DNA from: a virus
Lineage: Duplodnaviria > Caudoviricetes
DNA length: 39,789 bases
Direction: 5' to 3' (one strand)
IMG/VR virus record: IMGVR_UViG_3300033067_001294
Coordinates: 1 to 39,789 of that record
Shown here in pieces: positions 23,266 through 32,028 of the stretch. A model generated the notes under the pieces. That model was not told the DNA's origin. It worked only from the letters and a program-made list of their open reading frames with translations, and ran no database searches. The translations under genes and the position numbers were made by a program. The number at the start of each line of letters is the position of its first letter. The first letter of the stretch is position 1.

Positions 23266-23709
23266 TTAGGCCGCCGCCACCTGGACGGGGATACCGATAT
23301 ACTGAACGTCGATCAGAACCGCGCTGTTGGTCGTCTGAGCTTCGAGAGCCATAGCGATACAGTTCACGGTGCGGGTCGTGCCGTCCTTGATCGCGGAAGT
23401 GCCGGCGTTGATGACTTCGAGGTAGTCACCAGCGGCAACGTCCGTGGTGCCATCGACCAGCAGGCCACCCTTGCCACCGACGAGAATCTGAGCAACTTCG
23501 CCAGACTCAACGGCTTTCTGAGGCGCACCGACGTAATGCAGAACCGCGAGGGTCGCGGGAGCCGCAGTTTTCGCCATCACATCCTTGTCGGGATGCACGG
23601 CAACCGGGAGGCCAACAGCGAGGTCAGCGTGTGCAATCGCATCGACGTAGACCTTGCCGTCGTGAACATACGGGACACCCAACTTGTTGGGATCACGAAC
23701 GAGACGCAT
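23266..23709 (-). CDS. Capsid decoration/cement protein
   Basis: Small Ala/Val/Gly beta protein directly after MCP (VAAGD, AMALEA). Confidence 0.65.
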   Translation of the reverse strand: MRLVRDPNKLGVPYVHDGKVYVDAIAHADLAVGLPVAVHPDKDVMAKTAAPATLAVLHYVGAPQKAVESGEVAQILVGGKGGLLVDGTTDVAAGDYLEVINAGTSAIKDGTTRTVNCIAMALEAQTTNSAVLIDVQYIGIPVQVAAA

Positions 23710-23760
23710 ATTGTTTGCTCCTTATCAAGCAGATTGTTGTTTCTCTGTCCTGCAAGCAGT

Positions 23761-23790
23761 AAGAACCCGCCCCGCCTGGAGCGGGCTCTT
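23761..23790 (-). terminator. Hairpin after MCP (terminator or stabiliser)
   Basis: AAGAGCCCGC...GCGGGTTCTT inverted repeat just after the MCP stop. Confidence 0.5.
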
Positions 23791-23803
23791 TACCTACTTC
23801 AGA

Positions 23804-24784
23804 TCAGGTGATGCTGTGCAGACGGCCCAGGGTGCGGGGCATGTTGAAGGTCAGAGCACCGCGCCAGGAAATCTGTTTGCCATAGGCCATCATCTTCAGC
23901 GTTTTGTTGAGGTCAACGAGAGGAGTGGTCTTGAAGATGCCAGAACCCTGCATCACGCAGCGCAGGCGCAGGGCCTTGCTGTTGATGAAGAACATGGTTC
24001 CAGCGTCGATCACGGCGTCATCCTCGAACACGAGCACGCCGCGCTTGAACTTCACGCCGCCGGCAAAGCCGAGGTTGACAACTTCGTTGTCGGTCAGCAT
24101 GACCTTATCGAAGAACAGCGACTCATACCCTTCGTAAACCGTCTGGGTGGTGAGATACAGTTCAGGATACACGCCACCACGGGTCAACGTGTTCGTCATG
24201 CTGTTCATCTTCGACCGGAGGTTGTCAAACGGGTTGGTGGTTCTCGCACCGGTATCGGTCTTGGTGCGTGCCCATGTGTTCGTCGCGCGGTCGATTCCGC
24301 CGATGGTGCCGGTGGCCGGGTTAACCGGGATGATCGCGTTGAGGCCCAGAACGACCTTGCCATCTTCATCGGTGCCGTCATCGAGCAACCATTCGTTGAA
24401 CTTCTCGCCGATTTCGAGTTCGGCCTGTTCCGCCTTGCTTTCGAGCAGGCTGATCTGCTGCGCCTCACCCTGGTTCGCTTCGTATTCGTCATACGAAATC
24501 AGGATGTTGTTCACAATGCGCTTCGGCGTGAACTCGAAGTTCACCTGGCCGTCTTCGGGCTTGAGATCGATCTCGTCGTATCCTTCGATAGCCTGAACCT
24601 TCGTCTTGTCGATCTTCGAGAGAGCGGGTTCGAGGATCTTGACGCCGGTTCCGTCCCAGTTGCGGATGCGACCTTTGGCTTTCAGCCAGCCGAGGAAGGC
24701 GTTACGAGCCGAAATGTTGTCCAGGAACTTCTTTTCGACCCACTTATCGAGCGTTGCGCTCATCAATGCAATGTTGTCAGCCAC
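23804..24784 (-). CDS. Major capsid protein (HK97 fold)
   Basis: 326 aa; DNI..RN.FL.WL, DGT...GL..I, GTIGGIDRAT..W, GF.GVKF.G motifs typical of this MCP class. Confidence 0.88.
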   Translation of the reverse strand: MADNIALMSATLDKWVEKKFLDNISARNAFLGWLKAKGRIRNWDGTGVKILEPALSKIDKTKVQAIEGYDEIDLKPEDGQVNFEFTPKRIVNNILISYDEYEANQGEAQQISLLESKAEQAELEIGEKFNEWLLDDGTDEDGKVVLGLNAIIPVNPATGTIGGIDRATNTWARTKTDTGARTTNPFDNLRSKMNSMTNTLTRGGVYPELYLTTQTVYEGYESLFFDKVMLTDNEVVNLGFAGGVKFKRGVLVFEDDAVIDAGTMFFINSKALRLRCVMQGSGIFKTTPLVDLNKTLKMMAYGKQISWRGALTFNMPRTLGRLHSIT

Positions 24785-24799
24785 TTGAATGACTCCTTA

Positions 24800-25726
24800 T
24801 TATCTGAGTTCTTCTTTGGCCGCGCGGAAAGCGTCTGACATATCGTTGATCTTCGCGCTGGTTCGTCGGGTGCTTACACCCTCGCCAGTGCTTGATGGAA
24901 TCGACATGCGTGACTTGTTCGCGTCGGCACGCGCGTTATACAAATGTGCCTCACGCATAAGGAGAGAAAGGGTCTTGACCTTGTCGCCAGACTGAACCAA
25001 AGCATCGATAACGTCCTTGAGCGGGCTGTTCTCGATGATCTCTTTCAGAGTGTTCGGGTCGCTGATCTGCTTTTGCAAGCGGTCGGCCGTCCCTTTGCCG
25101 AAGTCGGAATCATACTGCTTCTCGATGGATTCGAGAAGCAGTATTTCCTTCGCTTCCTGAGCCGCAAGAGCTTCCTGCTCCTGCTTCTGAAGCAACGGAC
25201 TCAGCTTCTCATTCATCTTCCGCTCGAAAGCAAGCTGATCGTATCGACGTGCGGCGAGGGGGTCAGTGCGAGCCAGTTCCGCATACTCCTCGTCGGAGAG
25301 TTCGGGCAACTCAGCATCATCACCTTGTTCGTCGTCGTTGCCTTCCTCATCGGTCGGCGGCTGGGTGTCCGGTTTCTTCGCGGGCGATTCGCCGCGCTCA
25401 TACCGGGCCAACTTCTCAGACAGTTCGGTGATTTTGCGAGCCGCTTCCTGGTTCGCCTTCTCAGCGTCCTCGTGCGACTTGTATTTGAACCGCTTGGGTT
25501 CGGGTTCGGTCGTTCCCTTCGTCGGCTCTGGCTGATCGGTCGCGGGTTTTTCCGTGTCCTCGGGTTTTTTGTCGCCGCTCAGTTCAGCCTTCACTTGTGC
25601 AAAGGTTTCCGACATCGACTGTGCGGTATCGGTTCCCTTCGCCTCGCTCTGGCCAGCCTGTTCGGACGTGCTACCCTCGGGGGTTGTCCCTTGAGTGTCG
25701 ATCACGACACCGTTCTCGATTACCAC
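24800..25726 (-). CDS. Capsid scaffolding protein
   Basis: Acidic, helical, upstream of MCP; GTG start after TAAGGAGG; KYKS.E..EKA..EA.RKI motif. Confidence 0.75.
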   Translation of the reverse strand: MVIENGVVIDTQGTTPEGSTSEQAGQSEAKGTDTAQSMSETFAQVKAELSGDKKPEDTEKPATDQPEPTKGTTEPEPKRFKYKSHEDAEKANQEAARKITELSEKLARYERGESPAKKPDTQPPTDEEGNDDEQGDDAELPELSDEEYAELARTDPLAARRYDQLAFERKMNEKLSPLLQKQEQEALAAQEAKEILLLESIEKQYDSDFGKGTADRLQKQISDPNTLKEIIENSPLKDVIDALVQSGDKVKTLSLLMREAHLYNARADANKSRMSIPSSTGEGVSTRRTSAKINDMSDAFRAAKEELR

Positions 25727-25737
25727 GTAAAGCCTCC

Positions 25738-26019
25738 TTACCTTAGTTTTTCTGGCCCATACTTCGGGGTCAGATTGTGCTTCCGACAAAGCTGGTGCAG
25801 GTGGTCTTTCGACTTCACCTGAACCGGCTCGCCGGTAATATCCTCAGTGATGAACGGCTCGAAGAAAGAGCCGGCGCGATACTTGAACTTCCCGGACGAC
25901 AGCAGTTTTTTCATGGGAGTCTTGCAGACTTCGCACGGGATAACCTGGTTGTCGTTCCTGCCGTGAAGCTCGTCGGAAGACTCGCCGCACAGCGGGCAGC
26001 GGTAGGCAAACAAAGGCAT
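25738..26019 (-). CDS. FmdB-like zinc-ribbon protein
   Basis: MPLFAYRCPLCG...CEVC...MKKLLS. Confidence 0.8.
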   Translation of the reverse strand: MPLFAYRCPLCGESSDELHGRNDNQVIPCEVCKTPMKKLLSSGKFKYRAGSFFEPFITEDITGEPVQVKSKDHLHQLCRKHNLTPKYGPEKLR

Positions 26020-27677
26020 TACGCTTCACCTCCGGGTTGTTCTTCGCCAGGTGGCGGCATCATGGGCTGTTGCGCGACATAACTCTCGGGGTCTTTCTTG
26101 CCGTAGGCCCTGAGCACATCCATGCCGAGTTTCACGCCATCGAAGCGAGGATCACGGGCCAGGAGGGTATAAAGCTCCATCGCCTGTTTCCGCTCAATGT
26201 CCGTGTTCGGACGCTGGCCGGTGCCGACCGAAATATCAACGTCGTAATTGCAGAGCTCGAGATTCGGGTTCCACTTCTCCCACATCTTCGCGGAGTCAGG
26301 GCCGGTGATTTGAATGACCCGCTCCTCGGTGTAGGCTTGGCGCATGATTGCCTTGATGATCTTGAACGCCTCGCGAACCAGATCCTCAACCGTGTCGATG
26401 CGCTCACCGGTCGCAAGCTGACCTGCGGCTGCAACGATCTCAGCCTCCGTCGCGGTCGCGTTGGTGTTCTGCATCCGGTCGTTGTCGCTGACGCCAGTGA
26501 CTTCATAGGGCTCAGTCTTGAGGATGCTGTAGACGGCCATGAGGTCATTGATGGGCTGGTTGTCGTTGAACCGCTTGAACGGCACACCGGGCATTGAGGC
26601 AAGGCCCTCGACTGCGAAATACCCGTCCTTCTTGCGGTCGGCAATCTTCGCTATGAAGTCGTCACCAAGCCGCTTGTCGTAAAGCGTGCCGGGCCTGGAG
26701 TCGATGACGTTCTCGTGAATCATCGTCCGGGTGTCGTCCAGTTCCTTCTGCTGCTCCTGAAGGTCGTAAAGCGGAGAGTGACCCGTCTTTTTGTCGGGAA
26801 GCCGGTCGAACGCCAGGAACAGGATCGGGATGCGGTTGATTTCCCAGGGCCACTGTTCAGGCTCTTTCGGGAACTCGGAACAGTGCTCAGACACATAGGC
26901 GAGCTTCTTTTCCGTCGCATCCCACAACTGCCAGACGCAGTATCTACCGTGCTCCTCGTGCTTGATGGGGTCGGTGGTATCAACCATCGTTTGCGCTGGA
27001 ATGTCCGAACTGGTTCCGGTCACTTCTTCGAGGTCGTGAACGGTGAGCTTGGAACAGTCGATACCGCGAGACTCGCACTCGGCTTTCGTCAGCTTCAGCC
27101 TGACCCCGACGAATCGGCAGTCATGCACCTGGCCGTAGTAGAGCTGCGCGTTCCGGTCGATGATGATGTCTTTGATTGAGCGTCGGCGGGCATAGATCGA
27201 ATCCACACCACGCTGCTTGTTGCGCTCATACCCGATTTGCAGCACGGCAATCGGACGGGTGAAAGCGTCGTTCACGCACGCCTTTGCCTCTGCCTTGAAG
27301 CCTATTTCATCCAGTTCCTTCTTCATCGCCTGGGCGTTCACGTCTGCGCGTTGTCCCGAGATGTCAATGATGTTTCGGATAGGCTTCCCGTCTGGGCCGA
27401 TTGCTGGCATGTTCGTTACCGGGTCGATGGGCGGAGGCCCTTCAAAGAAGATCGGCTGTTTCGCTACCATGTGAGGCTCAGGGTTCCGCGAGTAGCACTT
27501 GTCCGTGAAGATACGGGCGATGCGCTTCAGGATGCGAACTTTGACCTTCCCCTCTTCTGGCGGGTTCTCAAGCAGTTTGTCGCACTTGTCGGTTTCCGTC
27601 CAGATAGGCTCCATTGTGGCCTTCCCGATGCGAATCCACTCTTGATACTTGAGCAGTTGAGGGTTTGTGGCGACCAT
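26019..27677 (-). CDS. Portal protein
   Basis: 552 aa upstream of scaffold/MCP; TGVSD...TATEAEI motif; YDVDI.VG. Confidence 0.85.
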   Translation of the reverse strand: MVATNPQLLKYQEWIRIGKATMEPIWTETDKCDKLLENPPEEGKVKVRILKRIARIFTDKCYSRNPEPHMVAKQPIFFEGPPPIDPVTNMPAIGPDGKPIRNIIDISGQRADVNAQAMKKELDEIGFKAEAKACVNDAFTRPIAVLQIGYERNKQRGVDSIYARRRSIKDIIIDRNAQLYYGQVHDCRFVGVRLKLTKAECESRGIDCSKLTVHDLEEVTGTSSDIPAQTMVDTTDPIKHEEHGRYCVWQLWDATEKKLAYVSEHCSEFPKEPEQWPWEINRIPILFLAFDRLPDKKTGHSPLYDLQEQQKELDDTRTMIHENVIDSRPGTLYDKRLGDDFIAKIADRKKDGYFAVEGLASMPGVPFKRFNDNQPINDLMAVYSILKTEPYEVTGVSDNDRMQNTNATATEAEIVAAAGQLATGERIDTVEDLVREAFKIIKAIMRQAYTEERVIQITGPDSAKMWEKWNPNLELCNYDVDISVGTGQRPNTDIERKQAMELYTLLARDPRFDGVKLGMDVLRAYGKKDPESYVAQQPMMPPPGEEQPGGEA

Positions 27678-27686
27678 TGGGTTTCC

Positions 27687-28316
27687 TTACTTCGGCTGAA
27701 TCTGAGACGGCAGCGGGACACCGGCAGGCATCTGCGTGCCCTTCGAGAGCAGACCGGCTTTCAGCTTGCGGTGATACTCAAGGATGCTTTCGAGATTCGG
27801 ACGCTCCAGGTCAGCGGCGGGAATCTCAGCCCTGGCGATGACGGCAACAGCCGGGGCCACCTTCGCGAGCAGAACCGGCTGCTTCTCTGCGGGAGCATTG
27901 GCAACGATCAGGCCGGCAACGTGACGCTCTGCAAGCTCCTGTTTCGCTTCGTTCACGAGCGGCTTGAACTCAACCGGAACGGCCTCTTCGACAATGGTGA
28001 GCGGATCGATCGTCACCCACCAGGCTTCAAACCTATCCATCAGGCCGGGAACACCCTTGTCTCTGCCGATGCGGATGACCGTGCGCCAGAACAGGCGAGA
28101 GCCGAACGTGTTGTTCGCGAACTTCACACCAGCCTTGAGCCATTCAACGGCTTTCGCTTCCCAGTGGTCGGGAATGTTCAGGCCGGTGATGGCCTCGAAC
28201 TTCTTGAACGCCCACACGAGCCAACCGGGGAGACGACCGGCAACGAGAGTCCAGATTGCCACGAGTGCCACCGCGCCAGCGGAGACTGCCAAGCCTGCGA
28301 ACATGCCAGTAAACAT
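27687..28316 (-). CDS. Hypothetical protein with N-terminal TM
   Basis: Hydrophobic N-terminus; AGGA RBS. Confidence 0.65.
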   Translation of the reverse strand: MFTGMFAGLAVSAGAVALVAIWTLVAGRLPGWLVWAFKKFEAITGLNIPDHWEAKAVEWLKAGVKFANNTFGSRLFWRTVIRIGRDKGVPGLMDRFEAWWVTIDPLTIVEEAVPVEFKPLVNEAKQELAERHVAGLIVANAPAEKQPVLLAKVAPAVAVIARAEIPAADLERPNLESILEYHRKLKAGLLSKGTQMPAGVPLPSQIQPK

Positions 28317-28339
28317 ACTGCTTGCTTCCTTTCGTTATT

Positions 28340-28549
28340 TCAGCGAAAAATTTTGCGCCATGAAATCATGGAGATCCACACGACCAAGACGAGAACAAAT
28401 ATCCAGTAGACGATGCACGCACCGGCATACACTTCGAACCGCGACAATGGAGCAACCTTGTCAACCAACCATGCGGGCCAGAAGACCAGCATGAGAATGA
28501 TTGTTTCTCCCGTCGTGAAGACGAGCGGTGCGTGTCCTCGCCGGTTCAT
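28340..28549 (-). CDS. Small two-TM membrane protein
   Basis: Two hydrophobic segments, basic C-terminus. Confidence 0.55.
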   Translation of the reverse strand: MNRRGHAPLVFTTGETIILMLVFWPAWLVDKVAPLSRFEVYAGACIVYWIFVLVLVVWISMISWRKIFR

Positions 28550-28552
28550 GCG

Positions 28553-29827
28553 TTACTTCGCTTCGAGAGCGGTAACCCGCGCTTCAAGTGCATCCATGCG
28601 CTTCAGCAGGTCTTTGATAACGAGAGCCTGAGCACTGACGACCATCGAGAGATTGCGCTTGCTCTGGTCGGGCTCAACCACGGTTTGCATCTCTGGCACC
28701 AGTTCAGGCTTAGGAGCTTCTGGTTCTTCCAGTGGTGCCGCCATAGACTTACCCATCGGTTCACCTTCGGGTGGAACACCGGCTTCAGCCTGCTCAAACG
28801 CCGCGAGTTTACTCTGGTATTCCTGAACAGCTTCAAGCGACGGAGGCACTTCAATAGTCCTACCTGTCGGAACCTGATACTCCTTCTTGCCGAACGCCAG
28901 CGGTGACAGCTTAGAGTGGTCGATGCGGGATTCGCCGGGGATCGTCTCGTGACTCATTACGATAGCTTTGGCATCCTCAAGTGTCTCAGGGGAGTCAGAG
29001 CGGTCGGTAAATGTGAGCGCACTTACGTCTTTGGCGAAGTAGACGTTTTCGCTGAAGGAGGCTGTGCCATCGTAGCGGAGGGTAAAGCGATTTACGCCAC
29101 TACCCGTATACATGGCGATCTCCCCGCCGTCAGACTTAGCCCCGCCAACTAGGACTAATGATCCGCTCCCAACTGACTCGTTTCCGTATAGCTTGATATA
29201 CGATCCCCTAGTGTTTGCGGTGGCTCCAGCCGGGGAAAATGAAAGCGATCTGGCATCGGCTCCATCACTAGAATCAACCGTAAAGGCGGTATCCTGACTT
29301 TTTATTACGAAAGAGTTCATCCCCCCATGCCACACCGAATATGGGCCTAACTGCGTCGGGCTTGCGTTGCCCCCCTCGGATATATATAGTTTTACACTCG
29401 CTTCGTTGTCATAAAGCTGCATCAAAACTGACGGGCTGGAGTCTACGTGCTTTAACCATGTCGTTCCGTTATGGTAGGAGTTCGCTCCGAGATAAGTCAT
29501 AGACTTACCCGTGTAAACCATATAACTAGACCCGACGCTGTTAATTTGCGGCCATGACTGGTTAAAAGTTACATTCCCAGTGAGTGATACCGCGCCACTC
29601 TCCAGCGTGCCAACGGTAGCCTTGCCGGTGACGCCGATGGAGCCTGTGATATTGGACGTGCCGGTGGCGTCGATCTTGCCATCGTTCAGCGCGTCGAATT
29701 TCGCGTTGAGAGCATCGCCACGCGCGAAACCCTTCTCAGGAAAGTCTGCGCCAAGATCGACGGCGTAGACACAAATCGGAAGCAGGATCAGGGCCAGGGC
29801 CAGAATCAAATTGCGTTTCATGTTCAC
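28553..29827 (-). CDS. Tail fibre/spike with C-terminal intramolecular chaperone (S74-like) and N-terminal signal peptide
   Basis: LNAKFDAL anchor-like motif; G/S/T-rich body; FTDRSD cleavage-like site; VIKDLLKRMDALEARV terminal coil. Confidence 0.72.
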   Translation of the reverse strand: MNMKRNLILALALILLPICVYAVDLGADFPEKGFARGDALNAKFDALNDGKIDATGTSNITGSIGVTGKATVGTLESGAVSLTGNVTFNQSWPQINSVGSSYMVYTGKSMTYLGANSYHNGTTWLKHVDSSPSVLMQLYDNEASVKLYISEGGNASPTQLGPYSVWHGGMNSFVIKSQDTAFTVDSSDGADARSLSFSPAGATANTRGSYIKLYGNESVGSGSLVLVGGAKSDGGEIAMYTGSGVNRFTLRYDGTASFSENVYFAKDVSALTFTDRSDSPETLEDAKAIVMSHETIPGESRIDHSKLSPLAFGKKEYQVPTGRTIEVPPSLEAVQEYQSKLAAFEQAEAGVPPEGEPMGKSMAAPLEEPEAPKPELVPEMQTVVEPDQSKRNLSMVVSAQALVIKDLLKRMDALEARVTALEAK

Positions 29828-29828
29828 C

Positions 29829-30221
29829 TCACTCCTTTGGATACCAGGCCGTTGATGCCGGGGTGTTGGTCAGGAACGCCGCGTCACTGGCAACGCGCAG
29901 AACACCGGATGCTGTCAGATTCAGAGCCGCGAACGACTGAGCCGGGTTTCCGCCAAGCAAAGCGCGAGCGGCAATATCGATCGTGTGAGACGAGATTTTT
30001 CCGTTTGCAGACGCAAGATCGAGGACGTGAGACGCGATGTTGAGGCCGTGGGTTGCGATGGTGGAGGCGTGAGACGCGATTGCAACGTCATGGGCGTCTG
30101 TCCTGCCATCCAGGACGCTCACGCGATTCGCGAGGATGCCGAACGGCATGTCATCAGGGCCTCCCGCATAGCAGAAAGCCACCGACACAACCAGCAGGGC
30201 CAGCACCAGGGTATGTCTCAC
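29829..30221 (-). CDS. Signal-peptide protein with HxxxIAS heptad coiled coil (fibre-like)
   Basis: MRHTLVLALLVVSVAFCYA; heptads HDVAIAS, HASTIAT, HGLNIAS, HVLDLAS. Confidence 0.65.
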   Translation of the reverse strand: MRHTLVLALLVVSVAFCYAGGPDDMPFGILANRVSVLDGRTDAHDVAIASHASTIATHGLNIASHVLDLASANGKISSHTIDIAARALLGGNPAQSFAALNLTASGVLRVASDAAFLTNTPASTAWYPKE

Positions 30222-30643
30222 AAGTCACCCCTCCCGATACAGCGTATTTTCACCGTCGCCGTGTCAGATGCGGTGATGAACCACACGTTCGGAGTTGTCG
30301 TTGCCGTGCATGACCACCTTCGAGCGTAACCATTCGGAATGAAGTCGTCGGTTCCTGGCGCAACGTCGGACGGGCCGAAGAACACATCAGCACCGCTCGC
30401 AATCATCACGAACTGAACAGTGTTCGGGGCCAGTTGAGGAACCTTGACCGCTGTTGCCGACGTGACCGTAACGCTGTCGGTCGCCATCGTTTCCAGAAAG
30501 CCCGTGTTGCTGTCCTCTGCGGTCGGCATTGGCGTGAGTCCAGAGACGGCCTTTTTGCGTGCGCCTTCCTGGAACTCCACAAGGCCCTGACTGAAGCCGA
30601 CGACGGCAATCAGCAGCAGAGCAGCGGTGAAAAATCGTTTCAT
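30218..30643 (-). CDS. Signal-peptide beta-rich protein (putative structural/accessory)
   Basis: Start MKRFFTAALLLIAVVGFSQG. Confidence 0.65.
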   Translation of the reverse strand: MKRFFTAALLLIAVVGFSQGLVEFQEGARKKAVSGLTPMPTAEDSNTGFLETMATDSVTVTSATAVKVPQLAPNTVQFVMIASGADVFFGPSDVAPGTDDFIPNGYARRWSCTATTTPNVWFITASDTATVKIRCIGRGDL

Positions 30644-30647
30644 GTGA

Positions 30648-31109
30648 TTACTCGTCGGAGATGAGCCGCCATGAAGGTGAAGCGAAGAAAACAACACCGA
30701 TACTGTTTGCTGAAATTGTGGCAATGCCGGCTGTCGGGCTTGCATCGGCGTTGAAGATATACATTACCTGGCCGTCCACAGCCCCGGTAGTGCCAATCGA
30801 AAGCGTGTGAACCCCGGTTGCGGTGGCGGCAGAGATGTAAGCGTAAGACGTGGTTCCCGGGATGGCAATGGTCTGGCTCGCCGGGATGGCTGTCGCACGA
30901 GTAACGGCAAGCTGGGTCTTGTCGGGTTTCGTGTCGATGGCCGCGCAGATCGCGGTAAAAGCAGCCCGAAGCTTCTGGCCCACGAGCATCTGACCGTCGT
31001 AAACTGCCGGGACGGTGGTGGTGGTCTGCGAGAACACGGCAAAAGCCCCAACAATGACGAAGAAAGCAACCAGAGCCAGAGCAATCTGACGTTTGAACCG
31101 AAATTTCAT
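30648..31109 (-). CDS. Signal-peptide protein, fibre-like (DGQVMYIFN motif)
   Basis: MKFRFKRQIALALVAFFVIVGAFAVFSQ; GGAGG RBS. Confidence 0.65.
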   Translation of the reverse strand: MKFRFKRQIALALVAFFVIVGAFAVFSQTTTTVPAVYDGQMLVGQKLRAAFTAICAAIDTKPDKTQLAVTRATAIPASQTIAIPGTTSYAYISAATATGVHTLSIGTTGAVDGQVMYIFNADASPTAGIATISANSIGVVFFASPSWRLISDE

Positions 31110-31130
31110 ATCACCCTCCTGGGTAAAAGT

Positions 31131-31568
31131 TCAGGTAAACGTGGGCTTCGCGCCGGGTAGCTGAAAGTGCGGTTTGTCCACAAACTTCTTCCACCGGCCA
31201 CCCCATTCGAGCCCGAGAGACTCACCGATCTTGCCGAGCTTCTCATACAGGTCTTTGTTGTCCCAATCGGGCACGCCCTTCACGAGCGGGACGCAATCAA
31301 ACGCCTTGCTGGCTGGCTTGCCTGCCTTCGTGCTGTTATGAACCGACTTCCCGCCTTTGCGGTTCGTTACCTTCGCGCCTGGCCGGGTTCGTCCCTGAGC
31401 GTAGAGGTAGTCCTGCTCTGCGTTGCTGCGGTATCCCATGTAGATCAGCACTTCGATACCGGCCTTGTCTGCTTCTTCGAGAAACCGCAAGCCTCGCGAC
31501 TTCAGATCCTCGTCGCACCCTTCGAGGTTCTTCACGCTGCGCTTGTAGGTCTTGCTGTTAAAATCCAA
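31131..31568 (-). CDS. Endolysin, M15 (L-Ala-D-Glu) peptidase
   Basis: GYRSNAEQDYLYAQGRT, SVHN, AFD, EWGGRW...DKPHFQ. Confidence 0.9.
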   Translation of the reverse strand: MDFNSKTYKRSVKNLEGCDEDLKSRGLRFLEEADKAGIEVLIYMGYRSNAEQDYLYAQGRTRPGAKVTNRKGGKSVHNSTKAGKPASKAFDCVPLVKGVPDWDNKDLYEKLGKIGESLGLEWGGRWKKFVDKPHFQLPGAKPTFT

Positions 31569-31926
31569 CTTTCACCCCCAGGAGAGTGCCGATAATGCCG
31601 GTGAGCAGGATGATGATTCTCAGAAGGGTTTCATCTGGCTTTCGCTCTGCCCGCTTCTCTTCCGCCTGCTTTTCGCGGTTCTTCTCGTTCTTCTCGTGCT
31701 GCTCGCAATACTGAGCCCGGTGCACACCGATCTTCGAGTCACAGATGTTCGCGAAATCGTTTGGCATCTTGTCTACCCTGTCGCTGATCGATTGAATTGA
31801 GCGGTTCAAGGTCTTGAACTCGGACACCAGATCCCGAACAACCTGGTCGCGACTGTTAAACAGGTCTTCTTGCCGCGTGATCCGTCTATCGATTCGCTCA
31901 AGTTCGGTTTCGATTTCGCCCACCAC
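31558..31926 (-). CDS. Holin-like protein (coiled coil + C-terminal TM)
   Basis: Directly upstream of the endolysin; C-terminal hydrophobic helix. Confidence 0.55.
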   Translation of the reverse strand: MVGEIETELERIDRRITRQEDLFNSRDQVVRDLVSEFKTLNRSIQSISDRVDKMPNDFANICDSKIGVHRAQYCEQHEKNEKNREKQAEEKRAERKPDETLLRIIILLTGIIGTLLGVKVGF

Positions 31927-31956
31927 GGTGCCCTCCGGTTTTATGCCTTCCTCTTC

Positions 31957-31985
31957 AGAATAATTACGCCTGACCGAAAAAGCAA
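31957..31985 (-). promoter_or_regulatory. Late-operon promoter TTGCTT-17-TATTCT
   Basis: Near-consensus hexamers upstream of the first lysis/virion gene. Confidence 0.55.
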
Positions 31986-31993
31986 GCAGTTTG

Positions 31994-32022
31994 TTTCACT
32001 GGTGATTGCAACGTGCTATGAT
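31994..32022 (+). promoter_or_regulatory. terL promoter with extended -10 (TGcTATGAT)
   Basis: TG.TATGAT ends 6 nt before the terL ATG; TTCACT-like -35. Confidence 0.55.
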
Positions 32023-32028
32023 GAGGGT

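Noticed and set aside
31870-32028. N-terminal extension of TerL in the ORF track
   Set aside because: Overlaps the divergent holin-like gene and both promoters; the conserved TerL start fits ATG 32029.
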